35,375 bases of DNA from Deltaproteobacteria bacterium TL4 (GTDB lineage: Bacteria; SAR324; NAC60-12). The DNA lies in contig JBBCAX010000186.1 in NCBI GenBank assembly GCA_051382335.1, positions 1 through 35,375 of the forward strand, read 5' to 3'. The notes below the pieces were generated by a model. It was given only the letters and a program-made list of their open reading frames with translations, searched no databases and was not told where the DNA came from. A program made the position numbers and the translations under genes. Positions 1-7,767 of the stretch are shown one piece after another. Position 1 is the stretch's first letter, and each line of letters opens with the position of its first letter.

Positions 1-48
1 GGTAATGACTACGAGACTTAAAAGCAGAAGGATGATTCTTTTGTACAT
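1..48 (-). CDS. 5' end of the probable first integron cassette ORF (secreted or membrane protein), truncated by the window edge
   Basis: ATG at 48-46 reads MYKRIILLLLSLVVIT (basic residues then a hydrophobic stretch, signal-peptide-like). A GAGGGGG RBS lies 4 nt upstream, and the ATG is about 45 bp downstream of the attI core on the same strand. Confidence 0.65.
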   Translation of the reverse strand, partial: MYKRIILLLLSLVVIT

Positions 49-91
49 GGTTCCCCCTCGGGAAAGGTTGTTTGAAGTGCTGAGCCGAAGG

Positions 92-111
92 GCCCAACGT
101 TAATATTAGAC
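92..111 (-). mobile_element. Putative integron attI simple site
   Basis: The minus strand reads GTCTAAT-ATTAAC-GTTGGGC: a degenerate L box, a 6-nt spacer and a perfect GTTRRRY R box. The layout matches attI1 (CCCTAAA-ACAAA-GTTRRRY). It lies upstream of intI and opposite in orientation. Confidence 0.7.
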
Positions 112-200
112 ACCAAAAAAAAAAATACAAACATTTTAAAAACGCGATTGATAACATTCAATTTGGCTTCGTGAGCTAAAAGAGGCCAGGCGTTTTTTTT

Positions 201-235
201 GGATGGGTGCCGCCCTACGGGCTAACCCATCCTAC
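201..235 (-). repeat. GTAG-type REP-like palindrome (variant)
   Basis: The minus strand reads GTAGGATGGGTTAGCCCGTAGGGCGGCACCCATCC: a GTAG 5' end followed by a GGATGGG...CCCATCC stem. Confidence 0.7.
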
Positions 236-309
236 TCTTAACTTATTGAAATCATAAATATTCAGTTTCGATCGGAAGCTTTGAATTTTTATGTTTATCA
301 ATAAGTAAC

Positions 310-421
310 TGATTCAGATTATTTGACTTTTCATGTTTCAAAATCGATGTTATTGGGGTAATTTCAAACTTTAGCAATTACACCATTACCATAAATCTTA
401 AATTCTGAATAATCTGAGTCA
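310..421. repeat. 14-bp inverted repeat pair bounding 112 bp of AT-rich DNA (MITE remnant or regulator sites)
   Basis: TGATTCAGATTATT (310-323) and AATAATCTGAGTCA (408-421) are 13/14 complementary, with TG...CA termini. Confidence 0.4.
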
Positions 422-469
422 TCATCATCGTTGCAGGTTATACTCAAAATGGATGAAATCTTCATTTTT

Positions 470-503
470 GTGATGCGCTCGCTTTGCTTAAGCGGCACCC
501 TAC
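470..503 (-). repeat. GTAG-type REP, family A
   Basis: The minus strand reads GTAGGGTGCCGCTTAAGCAAAGCGAGCGCATCAC, nearly identical to the copies at 1563, 1611, 16676 and 16743. Confidence 0.85.
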
Positions 504-590
504 CTTAAGTTTCAAAAATGAAAATTAACCAGATGAAAGAATAACAACCGACACGATGACCATCATTTAACCTCTAGAGTTAGGATCCCG

Positions 591-1556
591 ATGTCCAATC
601 CGCCCAAATTATTGGTTCAATTAAGAGATAAAATCCGTCTGAAGCATTACAGCTATCGAACAGAGAAAACCTATATTGATTGGAACCGAAAATTCATACT
701 CTTTCATAACAAACGGCACCCATTGGAAATGGGTGCTTTGGAGGTTGAGGCCTTTCTCAACTACCTTGCTGTGGATCAATACGTTGCCGCAAACACTCAA
801 AATCAAGCTTTGAGCGCCATATTGTTCCTTTATCGTGAAGTGCTCAACATTCACCTGCCCTGGATGGAAAATCTTCACCATGCCAAGAAGCCCAGAAAAC
901 TTCCTGAGGTCTTTACCAAAGAGGAAGTTCGTTTAGTATTGGCCCATTTAGAAGGTCAACAGTGGTTAATGGCTAACCTTCTTTATGGTGCCGGTTTGCG
1001 GTTAATGGAATGTATCCGTCTTCGAGTCAAAGATATAGACTTTGGCTATAAGCAAATTACCGTTCGAAACGGCAAGGGACAATTGGATCGCAGAACCATG
1101 CTTCCTGAAAAAAGCATTATTCCCTTACAGCAACATTTGGAGAAGACCAAATTACTTCACCAACAAGATCTTGCCAACGGATATGGAGAAGTTTACCTTC
1201 CCTTCGCGTTAGATCGTAAATCCCCGGAAATGAATAAAGAATGGGGATGGCAATATGTGTTTCCGTCAAAAAATTTATCAACAGACCCCAGAGGCGGCAA
1301 AACACGGAGACACCACATTGATGAAAAAATGCTTCAACGGGCGGTTAAAGTTGCCATTAAAGCCGCTGAAATCCATAAGTTCGCAAGTTGTCATACGTTT
1401 CGTCACAGTTTTGCGACTCATCTTCTTGAAAACGGTTATGATATCAGGACCGTTCAAGAGTTGTTAGGTCATAAGCATCTGAATACGACGATGATTTACA
1501 CCCATGTTCTCAATAAAGGGGGGCGTGGAGTGACCAGCCCCGCCGATGCTTTATAG
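591..1556 (+). CDS. intI: Integron integrase (tyrosine recombinase, IntI family)
   Basis: Motifs [31 protein letters not shown] and LYGAGLR; the IntI-specific insertion [16 protein letters not shown]...[10 protein letters not shown]; and catalytic [18 protein letters not shown] and TTMIYTHV. Confidence 0.97.
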   Translation: MSNPPKLLVQLRDKIRLKHYSYRTEKTYIDWNRKFILFHNKRHPLEMGALEVEAFLNYLAVDQYVAANTQNQALSAILFLYREVLNIHLPWMENLHHAKKPRKLPEVFTKEEVRLVLAHLEGQQWLMANLLYGAGLRLMECIRLRVKDIDFGYKQITVRNGKGQLDRRTMLPEKSIIPLQQHLEKTKLLHQQDLANGYGEVYLPFALDRKSPEMNKEWGWQYVFPSKNLSTDPRGGKTRRHHIDEKMLQRAVKVAIKAAEIHKFASCHTFRHSFATHLLENGYDIRTVQELLGHKHLNTTMIYTHVLNKGGRGVTSPADAL

Positions 1557-1562
1557 TCAAAA

Positions 1563-1643
1563 GTGGTGCGCTCGCTTCGCTTAAGCGGCACCCTACTTTA
1601 GGTGTCAGAAGTGGTGCGCTCGCTTCGCTTAAGGGCACCCTAC
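1563..1643 (-). repeat. Two tandem family A REPs (1563-1596, 1611-1643) between the convergent intI and lipoprotein genes
   Basis: GTGGTGCGCTCGCTTCGCTTAAGCGGCACCCTAC and a copy lacking one C, at a 48-bp period. Confidence 0.85.
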
Positions 1644-1665
1644 ATTAAGTTTTCCAAGTACAAAA

Positions 1666-4600
1666 TTAATTGCTGAGTTGCAGTGCATAACGAATGTTAC
1701 CGTTTTCAATCCAGGCAATGTCTAATAAACCATCACCATTTAAATCAACGGTTTTGAAATCTGAACCACTGATCAGCAGACTTTGAGGGATGGTGAATGG
1801 TGAATTTTCGTCAACGGTTCCCCCACTGCCGTTACCACCTCCGCCGCCTGTTTCAGAAGCCAGCGTTGTCCCGGAAACACCTTCTGTACTGGTCCAGGTC
1901 CCTTTGTTGTTGGCATCATCAAGGGCTCGTACACAAAAATAGTATTTCGTATTCGGGGTTAAATTAGTCATGACAAGGGTCTCGTTAGTTCCCGCGGCAT
2001 AAGGAGTTTTCGTCACGTTATAGGGTGTTGCTGCATCACATTGCGCATCATTAGTGATCGCTGAGGTCGCGTAACGAATATCATAGGTAGTTGCTTTCCC
2101 TGTATGATCATCATCACCGACAGCCGTCCAAAGCAGTTTGAGACTATTTTCAGTCGCGTTGGCAACACTCAGGTTTGAAATAGACGCAGGGGCGATTTTT
2201 TCTGCGGTTGTGGAAGCGGTGACACCATTACTGCTCCATTGACTTTTGTTGTTAGCACTGTCAAGAGCGCGAATACAGAAATAATAGGAAGTATTTTCAT
2301 TAAGATCAGTGATGGTAACTTGCTCTGTGGTACCTGTTTCCCCTGGTGATTTTCCTACACCAGCAGCGGTTGCGCTGCCGCATTCCTCATCTGTTTTGAT
2401 GACTGTGGTTGCGTAACGGATGTCATACGAGGAGGCCTTCCCTTCCTGTCCATTTTCGCCAACAGCGGTCCAGGTCAAATTAATTGAATTCGCTGTGGCG
2501 CCTGAAGCGACCAGGGTCGTGATATTGGCAGGGGGTGTTAAATCAATGAAAGTCGCTCCCGCAACCGTCAGTTCAAAGGCTCCGCTTTCCCCAATACTCG
2601 CGGTTGCCGCGACTACTTTATAATTTCCTGGTGTCAAAGTGTAGGTAATTTGGGCATTACTTCCTGTTCCGGAGTTATCATCTGAGACGATGACATTGCC
2701 TGACAGATCAACCAGATAAAGATAGGGATCAATAGTACTGGTTGAAATCATGTTGATCACAACGGTTTGTTGTTGAGTCACATTGATGTGATGTTGACGA
2801 TTACTGGAAGCGGTTGGGTTTTGTCCTCCTGAGCTTGCAAGGGCATCGTCTGCTTTGGTTGCGCTAAGGGTTTTTACACTAATACCTGAACCACTCCATG
2901 TATTACGATTTTCCACTTCATCTTCAGCATGAATACAAAAGTAGTAGGTGGTATTTTCCTCAAGTCCCATCACAATGAGTTGCTCCGTACTTCCCGGGGT
3001 TTGCGGGGCAAGCGTATTGTAAAGCGGGGAACCTGCCGCGTTACACTCTTCCTCATTGGTAATGGCGATAGTGCTATGGCGAATTTCGTAGGAGGCGACA
3101 TTGCCTTGAGTCAGGTTATCGCCAGGGGCTGTCCAGGATAAAACCGCACTGTAATAACTCGTGGAGGCGATCTTCAGATCCGTTATCGCGGCAGGCGCAA
3201 TCGTGTCCGGCGTTTTAATTTTGACTTCTTGATTCGGCCAAAGGCTCCTATTATTTTTCGCATCCAAGGCTCGTAGGCAAAAGTAATAGGTGGTGTCCTG
3301 GTTCACTCCCGTAACCGTATAACTTTCCGGGCTTCCAGGCGTCTTGGGAGTAAGTCCTGTACTTATTGCGGTTCCATCATCACAAAGTTGGTCATTATTG
3401 ATGGCTGTTTCAGCGTATCTGAGTTCATATTCTGTAACGCTCGCGTCATGATTATCCTGAGGGGCCGTCCAACTCAGGCTGATCTTTCCGTTTTGTATCA
3501 GCACCGCACTTAAATCTGTGATGGACAGAGGAGGAATGATATCCAAAGAGACGGATCCTGACGCATCGTCGTTAGATTCTACGTCAGGTTCTATAGAAGT
3601 TGGTTTGGCGTAATCAAGGAAATGCGGTTCAACATAATATTTGATGCTTTGATTGGTTGAATCATAATAGGCAATGTGAGCTAATTGAAAACGATCTATA
3701 GCTAACGCGCTGTATTTCCCGGCGTCATGATTATCCGAATTAGGAGACTCAAGACTCCAGCGTTCAGCCAAGCCTTCTTTGGCTTTTCGGAGTTTGGTTG
3801 CGTATAACAGCGTCTTTTGTGATTCGTCATAAAATGAAATCCGAGCTAAAGAATTCCGGTCTAATTGGAAGCCGAGGCTGACCCTTCCTGTAAAATTGAG
3901 ATTCGCGATCACAGAATTGCCCCAAATTCCTAACTCTTTTATGGCGTGCATGAGTTTTCCTGTTTTATAATAAACCACTTGAGGACGGTTATCCTGGCCA
4001 ATTTTCAGCTTTATGCCTATTCCCGAGCCTTCGGTGTTATCAATTTCTTCATAAGACCACTTACCCTCGTCGTCGGAGGTTCCATAATAAGTTAACTCGT
4101 CAAACTGAAACGCAACTCTGGGAGCACCTTCACTATTCGCGGTTAAACTGCTTTGCACTCCGCCACCTTCGATTACCGTAGAAAAGGTCCAATCATCCCG
4201 TGTCAGTTTTTTGGAGGTTGCCAACTTCAGAGAGTTCAAATTTTCGTTATAGTATAAAACATAAAAACGGCCGTCAGGAACGACTAACGCACTGATGGTC
4301 CCCGGATAGGATGAAGCCTCAGGAGTTATTTCCTCAATTTTCCGTTTCACCCAGCTTCCGCTCGATTGCCTGATCCAACTGCTTAGAAATTTGCCTTCCA
4401 AAGCGCAGATAACGGGTGAATTCGCGCGAAGAGAATCCAAAACAATTTGGCTTTTTCTTCCATAATCCCCTTCTCCATCCAAGTGTTCACTATTCCAGAT
4501 ATCCTTGAAATAGGTATAGGTGAGTCTTTTCTCCTTGGCATCATAGGAGGCGATGTGTATTTGATCCCGTTGATTAGCCAGCGAGATATCCAAACCAAAA

Positions 4601-5727
4601 TTACTGTCAGGCGCGGGCTTGGGAATTGTAATCGCGGGTTTTATTTCGACGAAGGCGGGGGTTGATTTAAACCCGCCGCAGGAACTGACCAAAGGGGTCA
4701 TCCCTTTTTTAATGCCTTTCAGAACAACACTGGTTGATTTTGATTCCGTCAAACCTATGTAGTTGGCATCAAAAATCCATTGGAGGTTTCCTTCACAATC
4801 CAGCGAAGTCGGATTGCCATTATTATCTTTGGCTTGTGCCGCGAATTCACGACTTCCGCCAATATCAAGTGACAAACGAGGCGGAGAAATCGTGATGGAT
4901 TGGACATCTGAAAAGTCGACTCTCACGGGGATGGCTGTTTTCAGTGTTTCTTCCCGATAAACCGTTTGCGCGCTGATTTGCGTTGTGCCTGAGCTTATGC
5001 CCTGTAAAAGACCTTGTTCGTCAATATTGGCAATGGAGACGTCCTTGGTTTCCCATGCCACAATGATGGGGTTGTCTTCAGAACTGACAATCAGATTGTC
5101 CGCTCCATCCATCAAACGAACCATCAAGCTGAGTTCTCCTCCTTGCGCGATTTTGAGATCATTGGGCGTGATTACCAAACGATAAGGCGGTTTGTAGGTG
5201 GTGAATTTCCAGGTTGTTACAGGCAGAAGATTTCCGGCACTGTCTTTTAGAGCGGTGAGGGTGACTGTATACTCCTGCCCAAAGCCCAAGGGATTTGAAG
5301 GGGTAAGCTTGGCTATTTGATTTTCGTAACTCACCAGTCCGGGCACCTGACCCGCGGGAGTGCTCAACACAAAAGAGGTAGAAGTAATGGTACTCACATC
5401 CATGGCCTCACTGAAGGAGACCTGGATGATCACATCAATGGCAATATCCTTATCATTCATGAACGGAATCGTGTTGATGATGGTAGGCGCTGTGGTATCA
5501 GCAACTACTTGAGCGGGTGTTTCGGTTGCGGTAGTTCCTGTCGGTTCCGTAACTTCAGTTCCCCCAGGAGTTTCACTCACGTCTGAAACGACAACATCAT
5601 TTTTCTTTGTATCTGTGGAACTGGTATCGGGGGGACTACAGTTGATCATCAAACTACTCAAAATAATGAGAGTCCAAACAATCCAGGGAACTATCTTTTG
5701 TTGACGTATTTTTGCGACAGGATTCAT
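1666..5727 (-). CDS. Large surface lipoprotein: Ig-like (Big_5/Big_2), propeller-like region, four FN3-like repeats, PPC-like domain and a C-terminal FG-GAP-like motif
   Basis: Lipobox-like LMINC after a hydrophobic segment; DTTAPTII...FSEAMD Ig motif; four LxWTA...YxxRY/H...YYFC repeats; IDPYLYL...DDNSG PPC motif; DLNGDGLLDI. The ATG at 5727 has a GGGGGA RBS and is preferred over the TTG at 5739. Confidence 0.85.
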   Translation of the reverse strand: MNPVAKIRQQKIVPWIVWTLIILSSLMINCSPPDTSSTDTKKNDVVVSDVSETPGGTEVTEPTGTTATETPAQVVADTTAPTIINTIPFMNDKDIAIDVIIQVSFSEAMDVSTITSTSFVLSTPAGQVPGLVSYENQIAKLTPSNPLGFGQEYTVTLTALKDSAGNLLPVTTWKFTTYKPPYRLVITPNDLKIAQGGELSLMVRLMDGADNLIVSSEDNPIIVAWETKDVSIANIDEQGLLQGISSGTTQISAQTVYREETLKTAIPVRVDFSDVQSITISPPRLSLDIGGSREFAAQAKDNNGNPTSLDCEGNLQWIFDANYIGLTESKSTSVVLKGIKKGMTPLVSSCGGFKSTPAFVEIKPAITIPKPAPDSNFGLDISLANQRDQIHIASYDAKEKRLTYTYFKDIWNSEHLDGEGDYGRKSQIVLDSLRANSPVICALEGKFLSSWIRQSSGSWVKRKIEEITPEASSYPGTISALVVPDGRFYVLYYNENLNSLKLATSKKLTRDDWTFSTVIEGGGVQSSLTANSEGAPRVAFQFDELTYYGTSDDEGKWSYEEIDNTEGSGIGIKLKIGQDNRPQVVYYKTGKLMHAIKELGIWGNSVIANLNFTGRVSLGFQLDRNSLARISFYDESQKTLLYATKLRKAKEGLAERWSLESPNSDNHDAGKYSALAIDRFQLAHIAYYDSTNQSIKYYVEPHFLDYAKPTSIEPDVESNDDASGSVSLDIIPPLSITDLSAVLIQNGKISLSWTAPQDNHDASVTEYELRYAETAINNDQLCDDGTAISTGLTPKTPGSPESYTVTGVNQDTTYYFCLRALDAKNNRSLWPNQEVKIKTPDTIAPAAITDLKIASTSYYSAVLSWTAPGDNLTQGNVASYEIRHSTIAITNEEECNAAGSPLYNTLAPQTPGSTEQLIVMGLEENTTYYFCIHAEDEVENRNTWSGSGISVKTLSATKADDALASSGGQNPTASSNRQHHINVTQQQTVVINMISTSTIDPYLYLVDLSGNVIVSDDNSGTGSNAQITYTLTPGNYKVVAATASIGESGAFELTVAGATFIDLTPPANITTLVASGATANSINLTWTAVGENGQEGKASSYDIRYATTVIKTDEECGSATAAGVGKSPGETGTTEQVTITDLNENTSYYFCIRALDSANNKSQWSSNGVTASTTAEKIAPASISNLSVANATENSLKLLWTAVGDDDHTGKATTYDIRYATSAITNDAQCDAATPYNVTKTPYAAGTNETLVMTNLTPNTKYYFCVRALDDANNKGTWTSTEGVSGTTLASETGGGGGNGSGGTVDENSPFTIPQSLLISGSDFKTVDLNGDGLLDIAWIENGNIRYALQLSN

Positions 5728-5931
5728 GATTTCCCCCAATTAATATAGGTTTTCAAGAGAAGGGTGGTAAAATTTCGCAGGCTGGCCTTATAATTTTCAG
5801 CGCAGAATATATGAATCTAACGTCTTTTTCAATATTTTTTTACTTTATTCCAATAAATGTTTGACATTGACCCTATTATTTGAATAATTGTGGTTCAATT
5901 AGAGAGTCTAATCACTTCGTTTAAGGAAGAT

Positions 5932-7749
5932 ATGCTGATTTTAACACGTTTCATTCTAATTCTTTGGATTTATTGCCTTTGGAATATCCCGTTATATGCT
6001 GTTGAAACTGAAAAACCTACTGCGGCTGTTGCTCCTTTAGTGTCGTTAGGAGGCATAAGTAAACCCCAGGAACAAATCATTTTCAATAGTATGCTGACCG
6101 AAGTTTCAAAGTACTTCGCGTTGGTCTCCCAAGAGCAATATAACGCGGCCTTGCAAAATATTTATGAGGAAGTTGACGAGCAGGAATGCACAGTGGATCA
6201 ATGTATTCGGAAAATTCAAGACAGCCTGCAGATTGAATCCTTGTTCTTTCTTCAAATGATCCGGGAAGGCGCCGATACTCAATTGAGCTTAACCTTGGTG
6301 GAATTAGAACAGAGACGTGTAAAAAGTGATTACTGTGTTAACTGTGACACTAACACCTTGAATAAGCACATTGCCCAGTTGGTCAAGCAGCTTGTCAAAG
6401 AACAAAACGGAGAAAGGGTCAAAGATCCTGACGATCAAAAAAGCGGGACCGTTTTCATCAGTTCCACTCCAGCGGGAGCCGACATTTACCTGGATGGTGA
6501 ACTCCTGGATCAGAAGACGGATGTCTTACTGAATCAGATCCCTATGGGTTCCCACACGATTTTACTGCGTAACGAGAAGCAGTCCAAAGAACATACTTTT
6601 GAAGTCAAACTCAACCAACTCATACGTCTCAATCTCATACTTGAAGAAAGTCAGGCGACCTTGTTAGTGAGTAGTCAACCTTTCAACGCAGACGTATCTC
6701 TGGATGGGAAGCTCTTGGGAAAGACACCGTTGGAGTTTAAAACCACCTTGGGAAAACATCAGTTGGAACTTAAACTTAAGAATTACATTACCGATTCCAG
6801 AGAAATTGAGATTGAGTTTGGGAAAATCAATAAATATAGCATTGTTCTGGAGGACGCTGCAAAATTCAGGGGGTTTTTAACAGTAACTTCGACTCCCGCG
6901 GACGCTTTAATTCAAATCAAAGGGGGAGCTCATATAAAATCAAAGCTGAAACCCTATCAACTCCCTCTCTCATCCCTGGAATTACCCATTGGTCTTTACT
7001 CTTTAGACCTATCAAAAAAAGGCTACCAAACCATGACACGGGATATCAATATCGCTGATAAAAACACAACCCAGATCAGTGTCCAACTGGAACCCTTGCC
7101 CGCACAACTCGATTTGAAACTTTCGAGAACTGACGGAATAGAAAATGCTGATGGCAGGTTTCGTGTTATTCTTGATGGCGCTCTCAAAGAGGAATTTGTT
7201 GGGAATATTACAAGTCAGTCTGAAGCCAGAGAAACCACGTTCAACCTTCCGCATGGAAGGCATGAACTGGAAGTAGTGCATACGAGTGGAAAATACAAAC
7301 CCTCAAAAACAACACTTTTTCTCGAAAAGGGGGAAACCTACACACAACGGTTTGACCTCAAAACTAATGAAACTTACGATCAACATCAAGCGTGGAAAAC
7401 AAAATTTTATGGTGTTCTGGCCGGGACTCTGTTGACAGGAGTACTGACTCAGTTGGAAATCCATGCTCTCCAGGAAACAAAACAGGAAATTAAAAAACAA
7501 AGAGAGCAAATCAATGTCGCAACCTCTCATGCCCAATATCAAAAGAAATATAATGAGATCAACCAAAGCCTAAAGAAAGCGAACGAACAGCAGCAGAACA
7601 TCCAAACAGGTTTGGTCGTTTTCCTGGGCATGTCCGGCTGGGCTTCCTGGCTCTGGCTGGATGCGCCGCCACCCCCCATGCCTATCACCTGGAATGTTGA
7701 ATTATCACCAAAAGAAGAATGGTCTTTGAGTTATCAACAGCGCTGGTAA
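5932..7749 (+). CDS. PEGA-domain envelope protein
   Basis: Signal peptide; repeated SxPxxAxIxLDG motifs (SSTPAGADIYLDG, SSQPFNADVSLDG, TSTPADA); C-terminal hydrophobic segments. The ATG at 5932 has an AAGGAAG RBS and is preferred over the GTG at 5890. Confidence 0.85.
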   Translation: MLILTRFILILWIYCLWNIPLYAVETEKPTAAVAPLVSLGGISKPQEQIIFNSMLTEVSKYFALVSQEQYNAALQNIYEEVDEQECTVDQCIRKIQDSLQIESLFFLQMIREGADTQLSLTLVELEQRRVKSDYCVNCDTNTLNKHIAQLVKQLVKEQNGERVKDPDDQKSGTVFISSTPAGADIYLDGELLDQKTDVLLNQIPMGSHTILLRNEKQSKEHTFEVKLNQLIRLNLILEESQATLLVSSQPFNADVSLDGKLLGKTPLEFKTTLGKHQLELKLKNYITDSREIEIEFGKINKYSIVLEDAAKFRGFLTVTSTPADALIQIKGGAHIKSKLKPYQLPLSSLELPIGLYSLDLSKKGYQTMTRDINIADKNTTQISVQLEPLPAQLDLKLSRTDGIENADGRFRVILDGALKEEFVGNITSQSEARETTFNLPHGRHELEVVHTSGKYKPSKTTLFLEKGETYTQRFDLKTNETYDQHQAWKTKFYGVLAGTLLTGVLTQLEIHALQETKQEIKKQREQINVATSHAQYQKKYNEINQSLKKANEQQQNIQTGLVVFLGMSGWASWLWLDAPPPPMPITWNVELSPKEEWSLSYQQRW

Positions 7750-7767
7750 ACTTTATAGAGAATAAAA

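Noticed and set aside
1563..1643. Repeats near intI as attC sites
   Set aside because: They lack RYYYAAC...GTTRRRY ends, are only about 34 bp, and have the GTAG-plus-hairpin form of REPs.
5861..5889. Sigma-70 promoter for the PEGA gene
   Set aside because: A perfect TTGACA is present, but the best -10 (AATAAT at 16-nt spacing) is weak in AT-rich DNA.
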